Shown: one piece after another, positions 51,549 through 61,059 of the stretch
How positions within the stretch are numbered: the first letter of the stretch is position 1
How the letters are laid out: the number at the start of each line of letters is the position of its first letter
Source: Gemmatimonadota bacterium
GTDB lineage: Bacteria > Gemmatimonadota > Gemmatimonadetes > Gemmatimonadales > GWC2-71-9
Assembly: GCA_003221035.1 (NCBI GenBank)
Contig: QHUB01000025.1
Span: 8,614-72,613, forward strand
Length of the DNA: 64,000 nucleotides
Direction of reading: 5' to 3'
Program-made: the position numbers and the translations under genes
Notes under the pieces: generated by a model
What the model was told of the DNA's origin: nothing
Seen by the model: the letters and a program-made list of their open reading frames with translations, nothing else
The model's database searches: none

Positions 51549-52862
51549 CTACTGATACGCCAATGCAATTCGTTCGAGCCGAGCCTCGATCTCCGGCTCA
51601 GGCAGCCAGCGGCCGTTGACCATTACACCAGCCCGCTGCCCGACGTTCGCAAGATCACTCAAAGGATTGCCGTTCAAAAGGAGGAGATCCGCGCGCCGAC
51701 CTACTGCCACACTCCCAAACTCTTGCTCGGCACCAAAATAGCGCGCCGCGTCCCATGTTGCTGCACGGAGAATCTGCTGCGTGCTAAGTCCCGCCGCCGC
51801 CATACTGCGCATCTCACGGACCATCGAGAATCCCGGCACACTGTAAAGCCGGGGCGAATCCGTTCCGACGGCGATCGAGCAGCCCGCGGTCTGGAGCGCT
51901 CTCAGAATCCGCCGGCGCAACGCCAGCGTGGCGAGCCGCTCTCGAGGCGGGGGCGCCGAGCCGCGCAGCTGCGCCAACTGCTCCGCCCAGTTCGTCCGCC
52001 AGGCCGGCGGGACGTAACGCAGCTCCGACCGAGCGGCGAGTGATGCGGAGTCTTCTGTGCCGAGGAAAGTCTCCCAGAGCGCCATGGTCGGCACAGTCCG
52101 CGCATGCGCGGCACACGTCGCCGCGACGACCTGCGCGATCCGGCGATCATCTGCCGAGTCGGGGCCGCCCGCTGTTTCGACATAGTTGTCGAGCTGATCG
52201 ATCGACGCCTGGCCGGACTCGAGCGCGTGGTAGACGCCGACCGAATCGGGCACGTGGCCCGCGAACCGCATGCCCAGTCGCTTCGCGGTCGCGACGATCG
52301 TGTCATAAGTCTCGCGAGTCAGTCCTTCATGAATCTCGAGATGGTCGAAGCCGGCAGCCTGCTGCTCTTCGACGAGCCGGCGGCCGATCTGCGGCGTGGG
52401 CGCCGCATTGCCCGTGAGTGGCGGGCCTGGCACCCACAGTCTTGGTCCCAACAGCTCGCCGCGGGCGATGCGCGCTTTCAGCTCGAGATGCGCGAGCGCT
52501 CCCTGCATGCCGCGCACTGTCGTCACACCATTCGCGACATAAAGGAAAAGGACGTTCTCGGTCAGCTCGGATCCCGCACCGGGATTGGGCAGGTGGCCGA
52601 GCATCTCGCCCAGACCGGGCATGAGATACTTGCCGCGGCCGTCGATGACCGTGGCCTCCGCCGCGAGGTGCATCTGCGCCACCGGCCCGATCGTGGCGAT
52701 GCGATTGCCACGCACCACGACGGTCTGATGGTCGAGGACGCCATCCCGGTTCATCGGTATGACATGCACGTCGACGAAGGCGACGACGGGTTCTTGCGAT
52801 GGCCTCGGGAGAACCGACCCTTGGAGAGCGAGCGCCGCTAGGGCGATACTGACGATCGTCAT
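51549..52862 (-). CDS. Amidohydrolase-superfamily metallo-hydrolase, exported
   Basis: It has a signal peptide after ATG 52862. VDVHVIP corresponds to an HxH-type motif and HLEIHEG to a metal-binding region. Confidence 0.8.
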   Translation of the reverse strand: MTIVSIALAALALQGSVLPRPSQEPVVAFVDVHVIPMNRDGVLDHQTVVVRGNRIATIGPVAQMHLAAEATVIDGRGKYLMPGLGEMLGHLPNPGAGSELTENVLFLYVANGVTTVRGMQGALAHLELKARIARGELLGPRLWVPGPPLTGNAAPTPQIGRRLVEEQQAAGFDHLEIHEGLTRETYDTIVATAKRLGMRFAGHVPDSVGVYHALESGQASIDQLDNYVETAGGPDSADDRRIAQVVAATCAAHARTVPTMALWETFLGTEDSASLAARSELRYVPPAWRTNWAEQLAQLRGSAPPPRERLATLALRRRILRALQTAGCSIAVGTDSPRLYSVPGFSMVREMRSMAAAGLSTQQILRAATWDAARYFGAEQEFGSVAVGRRADLLLLNGNPLSDLANVGQRAGVMVNGRWLPEPEIEARLERIALAYQ

Positions 52863-52885
52863 GATCGCGCGTACGGTCTCGCAAT

Positions 52886-53761
52886 TTACGCGCCATTCAC
52901 GGCCCGCTGCGCGCCGCCGAGTTTGAGCCGACGCGTCACGAACCACACGACGCCGGCGATCAATCCGAGCGGAAGAATCACGCCGAGCGATTGCACGAGC
53001 ACCGACAAGAAGACGACGAAATTCCGCCACGCTTGCTTGAACGCCTCGCCCATCACGCTCTTGCCGGCGTCACCGACCACCGGGACCGGCTCGTGCACTG
53101 TGATGCTCAGCGTACTCATGGCGGTATGTGCCTGGAGGTAGCGGATCCGACCTTCGTAGCGCTCGATCTCTTCGCGAACCTGCGCGAGTGCTTGTTCGAC
53201 ATCCAGGACGTCTTTGAGTTTGCCGGTCCGCGTGGCAAGCAGGCCGATCAGGCGCTGTTCGAGTCTCCGGGCATTGTCCATTCGTGCCTGGACGTCCACA
53301 AATTCCTCGCCCACATCCTCGGCGTTCACGTTCACGGCCTCGACCTGGCCAATCGGCTTCAGCCCCGCCAAGACGTCGTTGAAGCGAGCGGCAGGGATTT
53401 TCACTTCGACAAACGCTTTCCGGTACTGGTTTTTGCCGGCTTCGATTCCGGTTCCACCCACATAACCGCCGAGTCGCGTAGCCAGCGCGTTCAATTGCGC
53501 GACTGCAGGCTCCAGGGAATCGACTTCCACCGTCGCCGTGGCCGTGCGGATGATCATGTTGGTGACCGTGACGTCGAACAGGGTTGGCGTCGGCAGCTCC
53601 GGGACAGCGGTGACCGCGACTTCGTCGTAGCCCTCGCGTACCGCCTGCGCGGCGCGTTCGTGTTGGACTGGGCCCGCCCCAGAGGAATCGGATGAGGCCC
53701 TGCGCGCCGCGGTATCGCAGGCAAGCACCGCCAGACAAAGGAGGAGAAGCGACCGTCTCAT
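52886..53761 (-). CDS. DUF4349-like lipoprotein with C-terminal TM helices
   Basis: It has a lipobox LAVLAC, a central coiled coil (RLEQRLIGLL..VEQALAQVREEIERYEGRIRYLQ) and two C-terminal TM segments. Confidence 0.75.
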   Translation of the reverse strand: MRRSLLLLCLAVLACDTAARRASSDSSGAGPVQHERAAQAVREGYDEVAVTAVPELPTPTLFDVTVTNMIIRTATATVEVDSLEPAVAQLNALATRLGGYVGGTGIEAGKNQYRKAFVEVKIPAARFNDVLAGLKPIGQVEAVNVNAEDVGEEFVDVQARMDNARRLEQRLIGLLATRTGKLKDVLDVEQALAQVREEIERYEGRIRYLQAHTAMSTLSITVHEPVPVVGDAGKSVMGEAFKQAWRNFVVFLSVLVQSLGVILPLGLIAGVVWFVTRRLKLGGAQRAVNGA

Positions 53762-53837
53762 GGTAATGCTCCGGTGGGAGGTGTCCCAAAGAGACGGCGC
53801 TGACATGGCTCGTTGCACACGCCTGCGTGACGATTGA

Positions 53838-54641
53838 ATGACAATTGAAGCTCAGAATCCACACCGTTCGTACATTTCACGTATGGACGCTCCCGTAGCC
53901 GTTCGACTCGCCAAGCTCAAGCGCGAAGCGGAGAAAGAGTGGCGAAAGAAATGGCGGCAGAAGCTGGGCAAAGCGGCTCCCTCCAGCGCTGCCGAATGGC
54001 GCGCCCTTGGCGGCGCTGCGATTGGGGCGGTCCTCAAGATCATCCTCATCATCGCGCTGCCGTTTGCCGTGCTGGTTCGCGGGTCTGTGTTCTTCTATGA
54101 GAATGGCGGGACGCCGGTGTGGCTCGCCGTTCTGACGGCAGCGATCCTGACGGGTGGGGTGGTCACGGCGTACGCTGTCTGGCTCGCCAGGAAGCTGATG
54201 CGGCGAGGCGTTCGCGGGGGCCGGGCGCTCGTGCTTCCGGTGGCCAAGTGGGTGGCGCTGCCGCTGGTGGTGTTCTACTGCGGCGATTCGTTACTCTATC
54301 TCGCGAGCGTCAACGCCAAGTCCGAGCCGGTGCGCGCCTATTACCGGTCGGTTCATCCGTTGTTACGCCTCGCGCTCTCGACCGCGATTCTGGCCGATCG
54401 CGACATCCTCATCACCGACACCGGCCGGCTCCCCGAGGACTACAGCCGCATGGGACTTCCGGTGAACAATCGCACGCGCCACTACATGCAGGCGGATGGG
54501 TGGATTCATGCGGTCGATCTGCGGACCACAGGACGGGGCGTCATCAAGAATCGTAGCCTGCAGCTCTACTTCTGGCTGATGGGATTCGAGACCCGGCGCC
54601 ACGTGGGTACCGCCGACCATCTCCATGTCGAGCTGAATTAG
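53838..54641 (+). CDS. Membrane protein with C-terminal LAS/M15-like metallopeptidase-type motifs (tentative)
   Basis: It has three TM helices. RTRHYMQADGWIHAVDL and HVGTADHLHVEL then resemble the H-x6/7-D ... H-x-H zinc site. The alternative start is 53883. Confidence 0.6.
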   Translation: MTIEAQNPHRSYISRMDAPVAVRLAKLKREAEKEWRKKWRQKLGKAAPSSAAEWRALGGAAIGAVLKIILIIALPFAVLVRGSVFFYENGGTPVWLAVLTAAILTGGVVTAYAVWLARKLMRRGVRGGRALVLPVAKWVALPLVVFYCGDSLLYLASVNAKSEPVRAYYRSVHPLLRLALSTAILADRDILITDTGRLPEDYSRMGLPVNNRTRHYMQADGWIHAVDLRTTGRGVIKNRSLQLYFWLMGFETRRHVGTADHLHVELN

Positions 54642-55453
54642 GCAAACAGCTCTTGGAGCTCGGCGAACGGGATTCCGTACGCCTCGAGCGTTCCGTAGGT
54701 GCCTTTGTCCCGCCACTCCCGCGCCATCCGGCGCGCCAACCCCAACGTCGCGCGCATCGGTCCCGAGCCGAACGTCACGCGGCGCACGCCAAGCGCGGCG
54801 AACTCCTTGAGCGTCGGTCCGTTGGGTGTGCCGAGGATGTTGAGGGGCGCGTCGATCCGCTCGACGAGCCGTTCGATGGTGTCGCGGTCGGCGACGAAGG
54901 GTACGAACACCGAATCGGCGCCGGCGTCGTGGAAGGCGTTGCCGCGCCGTACCGCCTCTTCCAGTCGCTTGTCGCGCGGAAGCTCCGCCGCTTCAAACGC
55001 GTCTGTCCGCGCATTGAGGACCAGCGGCACGCCCGCGGCGTCGGCCGCCGAGCGTGCAGCCGCGACGCGCGCGACCGCGAGAGAAAAATCGATCAGATGC
55101 TTGCCTTCTATCCGATCCTCGAGGTTCATCCCCACCGCCCCGGCGTCGATGGTGCGGCTCGCGGTCTCGGACACCGCCTTGGGGGGCAGTCCATATCCCG
55201 CCTCCATGTCGGCCGTGACGGGGACCGAGATGCGGCGCGTGATGCGCGCGACCGCCGCCAGCATCTCATCGCGGCTGATGCGCTCGCCGTCGGGGTAGCC
55301 GAGACTGAAGGCGATGCCGGCACTGGTCGTGGCGAGAGCAGGGAAGCCCGCTTCGACAAAGATCCGCGCGCTGCCCGCGTCCCAGGCGTTGGGCAGAACC
55401 AGCATGGGGCCTTGGACTTGAAGCTGACGGAGGAGCTCGGCTTTCTCGTTCAT
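54638..55453 (-). CDS. Isocitrate lyase/PEP mutase family protein (methylisocitrate lyase / phosphorylmutase-like)
   Basis: It has LPNAWDAGSA, TSAG and NLEDR, typical of the ICL/PEPM superfamily. Start is set at ATG 55453. Confidence 0.85.
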   Translation of the reverse strand: MNEKAELLRQLQVQGPMLVLPNAWDAGSARIFVEAGFPALATTSAGIAFSLGYPDGERISRDEMLAAVARITRRISVPVTADMEAGYGLPPKAVSETASRTIDAGAVGMNLEDRIEGKHLIDFSLAVARVAAARSAADAAGVPLVLNARTDAFEAAELPRDKRLEEAVRRGNAFHDAGADSVFVPFVADRDTIERLVERIDAPLNILGTPNGPTLKEFAALGVRRVTFGSGPMRATLGLARRMAREWRDKGTYGTLEAYGIPFAELQELFA

Positions 55454-56636
55454 GGCCGGGTATCTTATCTGCTCACCGAACGGAGTCAAAGCCGTGCTGC
55501 TTGCGGTCCTCGCGTTACAAGCCGCGTGCGTTTCTCAGGCGGCGAAGCTCCCCCGCGATGCGCGGTTTGATGCCGCGCGCGCCCGCGCGCACGCGATCGC
55601 GTGTGAGAAACTGGTCCCCAACATCCCGGGCTTCGCGCTGGCCGTCGCAGTCGATGGCAAGATCGTTTGGTCAGAGGCCTTCGGTTATTCGGATCTCGCG
55701 GCCAAGCAGCGAACCACACCGGCCACGCAGTTCCGCATCGGCAGCGTTTCGAAGCCGCTCACTGCCGATGCGGTCGCACAGCTCTATCAAAGCTGCAAAC
55801 TCGACCTCGATGCTCCCGTGCAGCGCTATGTGCCGACCTTCCCCGACAAAGGGACGCCGATTACGACCCGCCTGCTGGGGGGCCATCTGGCGGGCATCCG
55901 CCACTACAACGGCAGCGAGTTTCTGCTGGATCAGCATTACGCCACGGTGACATCCGGACTCGCGATCTTCGCGAACGATTCGCTGGTCGCGACACCCGGG
56001 ACACGGTTTTCCTATTCGAGTTATGGATTCAATCTGATCGGCGCGGCTGTGGAGGGTGCATCGGGAGAGCCGTTCCTGACATATATGAGCCGGCACGTAT
56101 TTCGGCCGCTTCACATGATGAGCACCGCTCCGGACAAGAACGACAGCCTCATTCCCAACCGAACGCGGTTTTACGATCGCGACTCGCTCGGCAGCTTCGT
56201 GCTTTCACCGCAGGTGGACAACAGCTACAAATGGGCGGGCGGGGGATTTCTTTCCACCGCCGAGGACCTGGTGCGATTCGGATCGGCGCACCTGCAAGCC
56301 GGCTGGCTGAAGGCCGCGACACTCGAGCTGCTGTTCACTTCGCAGCACACCACGTCCGGGGAGGCGACAGGATATGGCATCGGCTGGTTCCTGGCACCCG
56401 ATTCGTTGGGGCACCGCACGGCTTACCACGGCGGCGGCTCGGTCGGGGGAACGACGATGTTCGGAATCGACCGCGACTCGCACGTCGTTATCGCGCTCGT
56501 GACGAACTTGACCGACGCACAGCTGGGGGCGGGCCGGGAGATCCGCCTCGTCTTCGACTCAGCGGCGACGAAGGCGCTCAGACCTCGAGGGACGACGCCT
56601 ACCTCGCCAGCCGATAGCCTGTCTTGCGGACGGTGA
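55452..56636 (+). CDS. Serine hydrolase, beta-lactamase family, lipoprotein
   Basis: It has SxxK (GSVSKPLTA), YSSYGF, and a lipobox LQAAC. The more likely start is GTG 55494, after ACGGAG. Confidence 0.85.
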   Translation: MAGYLICSPNGVKAVLLAVLALQAACVSQAAKLPRDARFDAARARAHAIACEKLVPNIPGFALAVAVDGKIVWSEAFGYSDLAAKQRTTPATQFRIGSVSKPLTADAVAQLYQSCKLDLDAPVQRYVPTFPDKGTPITTRLLGGHLAGIRHYNGSEFLLDQHYATVTSGLAIFANDSLVATPGTRFSYSSYGFNLIGAAVEGASGEPFLTYMSRHVFRPLHMMSTAPDKNDSLIPNRTRFYDRDSLGSFVLSPQVDNSYKWAGGGFLSTAEDLVRFGSAHLQAGWLKAATLELLFTSQHTTSGEATGYGIGWFLAPDSLGHRTAYHGGGSVGGTTMFGIDRDSHVVIALVTNLTDAQLGAGREIRLVFDSAATKALRPRGTTPTSPADSLSCGR

Positions 56637-57318
56637 GAATGTGCCGCGGGTTGGCGGGGTCGCGCTCGAGCTTGCGCCGCAGCTCGGCCACGTGCGTGTC
56701 CACGGTCCGGCTCATCACCTCGGCACTGTAGCCCCAGACCTCGGTCAACAGCTCCGTGCGGGTGATGCACGCGCCGTCCCGACGAATGAGCGCGAGGAGC
56801 AGGTCGTATTCCTTGGGCGTCAGTGACACCGGCGCCCCCTCCCGCAGCACCGTCCGCGAGGGTGTCAGGATTTCGATCTCGCCGAACTTCTCAAATGGTG
56901 GCGGCGGCGGCCCGCCATTCTTCTTCGGGGCCAGGACGCGGCGGAGCAGCGCTTCGATGCGCGCCAGCAGCTCGAGCACGCCGAACGGCTTCGTGACGTA
57001 GTCATCAGCGCCCAGTCGGAGGCCCCGGACCTTGTCCGCTTCTTCACCGCGTGCGGTGAGGATCAGCACCGGCATGCCGTGGCCTTCTTCCCGCAACGCG
57101 CGTAGAACGCGGAAGCCATCCATGCCGGGCAGCATCAGGTCGAGCACGACGAGATCCGGATTCGGCGTCGCACGCGCGCGCGATAAGCCGCGCGTGCCGT
57201 CCTTCGCGACCTCCACTTCGTATCCTTCGATCTCGAGGTTGTTGCGCAACCCGTATGCCAAATCGGGATTGTCCTCGATCACGAGGATCCGCTTTGGTCC
57301 AGCGGCGGGAGCGATCAT
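56599..57318 (-). CDS. OmpR-family response regulator
   Basis: It has a REC domain (ILVIEDN, DLMLPGMDG) and a winged-helix output (LTPKEYDLL, VRKTGYRL). Its ATG overlaps the kinase stop (ATGA). Confidence 0.9.
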   Translation of the reverse strand: MIAPAAGPKRILVIEDNPDLAYGLRNNLEIEGYEVEVAKDGTRGLSRARATPNPDLVVLDLMLPGMDGFRVLRALREEGHGMPVLILTARGEEADKVRGLRLGADDYVTKPFGVLELLARIEALLRRVLAPKKNGGPPPPPFEKFGEIEILTPSRTVLREGAPVSLTPKEYDLLLALIRRDGACITRTELLTEVWGYSAEVMSRTVDTHVAELRRKLERDPANPRHILTVRKTGYRLAR

Positions 57319-58925
57319 GCGGGCAGCTCGATGACGACGCGCGTACCGGCGATCTCCGTGCCGTCGTCGATCCAGGTGCGGCCGTGATGGAGCGTCGCCA
57401 GCTCCCGCACGACGGCGAGGCCGATGCCGCTGCCTGCGACCGATGATTCGCGGTCGCGCTCCAGGCGCCAGAACCGCTCCCAGACGTGTTCGCGATCGGC
57501 GCGCGGGATCCCGGGGCCGCCGTCGGCGACCCACAACCGGGCGACGCCGTTGTCCCGCGTCGCGCCGATGCGGACTTCCTGGCCTGCGGGCCCGTACTTC
57601 ACCGCGTTGTCGAGCAGATTGAGCAGCATCTGTCGTACCGCGCCGGGATCGGCGGGGACGACGAGGCCATCTTGCACGGCCGCGGAGAGTCTGACGCCCC
57701 GTGCGGCCGCGAGCGGCGTAAAGCCGTCGATCACTTCCTGCACGAGCGGCCCCAGCGCCGTGGGCTCCGGCGTGATGTGTGTGGTCTGGCGCTCGGAGCG
57801 CGAGAAATGCAGCAGGTTCTCGACCAGGTGCGTCAGGCGGCGCGCTTCCTGGTCGATAATGGCGAGCGAGCGCGTGCGTTCCTCATCCGAGCGTACGCGG
57901 CCGAGGGTCAACGTTTCGGAGAACATCCGAATCTGCGCGAGCGGCGTGCGCAATTCATGCGACACGCCGGAGATGAAATCGGTGCGTAGCCGCGTGAGCT
58001 GCGACTCGCGGCGCAGCTGCAGCAGCGCCGTCCCGATCAGCGCCGCGGTCAGTCCCAGCAGGCCGAGAATGAGCGGCAGGCGGGACCTGGGGAGCCCGCC
58101 GATGATGAGTCGACTCGCCATTGCCTCGCGCAACGACACCTGCGCGTAGAGATCGCCCAGGTCGGTGCCGATCGTGTCGCGGGCGGTATAGGCTGACGTG
58201 TATTGCAACGGCGTTCGGTAGATCTCGACGCCGTAGCGGTCGGTGATGATGAACGATCCCATCGAGTCGATCTGGACGCCGCCGGTGAGGGGCCGCGGCA
58301 GCAGCGCGAACTTCTGGGTGTCAGTCGCCTGGACCACCAGCGGGCCGAGTGCGGCCGGCTTCATCTCAAATCCCAGGGCGGTCCGGAGCACGCCGTCGCG
58401 ATCGCGCAGAATAGTATAGCCGACGTAGCGCCGGTCTCCCTCCGGCTGCCCGAGCACGGTCCCCATGTGCCACGACGTGTCGTACACGGTGCGCGCGTGC
58501 ACTGGCAGCGTGTCCACGAGCCACTGCCGCACCGAAACCGGAAGTTTTTCCCCCGTGGTCTGCAGATCTTTCGTCATCAAGTCCATGCGGAACGTGAACC
58601 GGATCGCCGGCACCACCGACAGCTCGTGCTCCATCATATCGACATGGACATCGCGCGGCCGTGGTGGAGGCGCGTGGGGTGCCATCTCGTACGCATGCTG
58701 CAGCGCGGTGAGCGGCGGATTCACGGCCCAGTACACGTATGTCGCGGATTGTCTTGCCACGCGCGACGCAGCGAGCCGCGCGTAATCGCGCAGCACGCGA
58801 TCGGCCTGCGCGCGATAATTGCCCGCCATTTGATAGGCCTGGATCGCCAGCGCGACCGCGAGGCCGAACACGAGGACCAGCAGGACCGCGACGACCGCGG
58901 CTCGTCGCACCCGGAAACGACTCAT
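57315..58925 (-). CDS. Sensor histidine kinase
   Basis: It has two TM helices, the H-box FISGVSHELRTPL, the N box LLNLLDNAVKY and the G boxes DGGPGI and GSGIGLAV. Confidence 0.85.
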   Translation of the reverse strand: MSRFRVRRAAVVAVLLVLVFGLAVALAIQAYQMAGNYRAQADRVLRDYARLAASRVARQSATYVYWAVNPPLTALQHAYEMAPHAPPPRPRDVHVDMMEHELSVVPAIRFTFRMDLMTKDLQTTGEKLPVSVRQWLVDTLPVHARTVYDTSWHMGTVLGQPEGDRRYVGYTILRDRDGVLRTALGFEMKPAALGPLVVQATDTQKFALLPRPLTGGVQIDSMGSFIITDRYGVEIYRTPLQYTSAYTARDTIGTDLGDLYAQVSLREAMASRLIIGGLPRSRLPLILGLLGLTAALIGTALLQLRRESQLTRLRTDFISGVSHELRTPLAQIRMFSETLTLGRVRSDEERTRSLAIIDQEARRLTHLVENLLHFSRSERQTTHITPEPTALGPLVQEVIDGFTPLAAARGVRLSAAVQDGLVVPADPGAVRQMLLNLLDNAVKYGPAGQEVRIGATRDNGVARLWVADGGPGIPRADREHVWERFWRLERDRESSVAGSGIGLAVVRELATLHHGRTWIDDGTEIAGTRVVIELPA

Positions 58926-59110
58926 GGATTGAAGATTTCCTCCCGAACTCGTACTCGGCAACTCACACGCGACGGCTGGACGGTTCCCTGACAAAGCTCA
59001 TACGAGCCGATAATCTTTGTCGACCCGAATACCCCTACATTTACCGGCGAGGAAACGAGAAGTAGGTCGTGGCGCAAGTGTCGACGGCCACTTTCGCCCG
59101 ATCTCACCGA

Positions 59111-59145
59111 CCCGGAGACCAGCAATGGCTCCGGGTTTGGTTTTT
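59111..59145 (+). terminator. Orphan plus-strand terminator-like hairpin with U-tract
   Basis: CCCGGAG(A)CC / GGCTCCGGG is followed by TTTGGTTTTT. No plus-strand CDS lies upstream (see finding). Confidence 0.4.
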
Positions 59146-59151
59146 CAATGG

Positions 59152-60447
59152 CTAGAAGAAGACGTTCCCGCCGCCACCTTCGAACCGCGGGTTGACGATG
59201 TTTGCGAACTTCGAGCCGAAGGTATAGCTGAGGCTGAAGTACCCGAAGTAGCGATACGAGGTCTCGAGCTGCCGGCGCCGCAGCAGCACCTCCTGCTCGG
59301 TCGCGCCTTCCTTTGAGATGAAGAGTTGGTCGTGAATCAAAGCGACGCTTCCGAAGAACTGCAGCGACAATCCCTTGAAGATCCGGAATTGGCCGTTCCC
59401 GAAGATGGTCAGCCGGTTCTTGGTGAAATCGTGCAGGTAATTGCCACCTTCAAGGGCAACGCCGGTCGATCCCCATGGCTGCTTGACACTCAACGAAACA
59501 TTGAGACTCTGGTAAAAGCGGGTCTCCTCGATCTGGTTGTAGATGGTTGTATCGTTGTACCGATACGCCGTCGGGCCGATCTGGTAGCGGAACGTCAGGA
59601 GTTCGCGAGTGGACTGCGAATAGGGGACAACGTCGTACTCGACGGCGGGGGCCACTCCCACGACGAGCTCTTGGTTGAGATACGTCGAGGAGGACACGAA
59701 TACCCGGCCACCCGCGGACCAGTGGGCCCCCACACTTCGCACGATCAACGAATTCGCGTCATACCCACGCGTGATCGTGCGGGTTGACGCTTCGATCGGT
59801 GCGCCGGTAGAGTCGTAGGAGCTGACGTAGGTATAGTCGCTTTGACTATAGGTCGAATTCAAGGAGAATCTGATCTTCCACTGCTCCGTGATGCGGTCGG
59901 CCGACAGCGACCCCCACCAGTTCTGATACTTGAACGTCTTCTCGCCATTGAGATTCAGATTGGCATCCGCTCGGAACACCCAGTAGTTCCACGGATCGCG
60001 CACCTGCGCCGCCGCTTGCGCCGGCGCCGCGTATGAGAGCTGCAACAGACGCGCAACCGGAGTTCGCGCGGCGAACCGCACCAAACCCAGTCGCATCGTC
60101 TGCGCAAGACCGCGACGGATGTCATCCTCTGTATCATCCGCCTTGGAATTCCACCGCAGGGTGTCCGCCTCACCCGCAAACCGCTCCAGGCCAATAAAGC
60201 CGAGCGTGTATTCCCGCCCCCCACCCGTGCTCTGCGTGGTGATCAACACGTGAACCTGCGCGTACTGCCGGTCCCGCACCCAGTTCACGAACGTGATTTC
60301 TGTGTGGTAGTAGTCGAAATCGCAGAAGGTGTCGGGGCAATCGAGAAACACCCGCGCGGCGGAGTCCTGCACGGTGCGGGTGCTGTCCTGTGCCGCGAGC
60401 GGTGAAAACGCGAAGGCACATGCAGCGGCTGCCAAGCCAACCCGCAT
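59152..60447 (-). CDS. Predicted outer-membrane beta-barrel protein
   Basis: It has a signal peptide ending AAQD, an alternating beta-strand pattern and a C-terminal ...GGGNVFF aromatic terminus. Confidence 0.7.
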   Translation of the reverse strand: MRVGLAAAACAFAFSPLAAQDSTRTVQDSAARVFLDCPDTFCDFDYYHTEITFVNWVRDRQYAQVHVLITTQSTGGGREYTLGFIGLERFAGEADTLRWNSKADDTEDDIRRGLAQTMRLGLVRFAARTPVARLLQLSYAAPAQAAAQVRDPWNYWVFRADANLNLNGEKTFKYQNWWGSLSADRITEQWKIRFSLNSTYSQSDYTYVSSYDSTGAPIEASTRTITRGYDANSLIVRSVGAHWSAGGRVFVSSSTYLNQELVVGVAPAVEYDVVPYSQSTRELLTFRYQIGPTAYRYNDTTIYNQIEETRFYQSLNVSLSVKQPWGSTGVALEGGNYLHDFTKNRLTIFGNGQFRIFKGLSLQFFGSVALIHDQLFISKEGATEQEVLLRRRQLETSYRYFGYFSLSYTFGSKFANIVNPRFEGGGGNVFF

Positions 60448-60476
60448 GTGCCTTGCTCCAGTCGAGAGATCCTAGG

Positions 60477-60980
60477 TCAACGATTCGACATTGCCGGCAC
60501 GACCCTCATTTTACCAAGCATCTCCGCGATTCGTTCCGCAACGATGCCCAACGCACAACCAATCAGCAGGGGCACCGCCGCCTTGATTCCGGCAGTCAAC
60601 GTGGCCACGCCTATCTTGAGCCCGAGAATCGTAGCCGCACCCGCAATTGCCCCGGTCGTATAGCCGAGCAGCGGATGGAACCGCGTCTGGTACACCATGC
60701 CGAATACCGCGACGCCGAGCGCGAGCGCGCTCATGATGCCTGGACGGCCGGGGTCGAGCGCGTTCGCGAGCGCCACATAGATCAGCGCCCAGACGACGCC
60801 CGAGACAGTGCTCGTCGCAGACTTTTGCAGTCCCGACATGCCGCCGCCAGCCCCCACGAAACAGGCGAGACCAACGTACACCGGCCACAGCTCGAACTTC
60901 ACCTTGGCGAGGTGGGAAATCGCGGCCCACACGGCCGCAACGATCGCCAGACTCAAGGCTTTGGTGGTTGAAGCGCTCAT
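60477..60980 (-). CDS. Polytopic inner-membrane protein (DUF1097/YcdZ-like, tentative)
   Basis: GGAGGAGG precedes ATG 60980. It has about five Gly/Ala-rich TM helices. Confidence 0.65.
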   Translation of the reverse strand: MSASTTKALSLAIVAAVWAAISHLAKVKFELWPVYVGLACFVGAGGGMSGLQKSATSTVSGVVWALIYVALANALDPGRPGIMSALALGVAVFGMVYQTRFHPLLGYTTGAIAGAATILGLKIGVATLTAGIKAAVPLLIGCALGIVAERIAEMLGKMRVVPAMSNR

Positions 60981-61059
60981 CGGTTGGGCCTCCTCCGAGA
61001 AAAGGGAGAATGCGGCGCCAACATAATGAACGGGTAGTGCGGGGTGCAACGCTCCAGGA

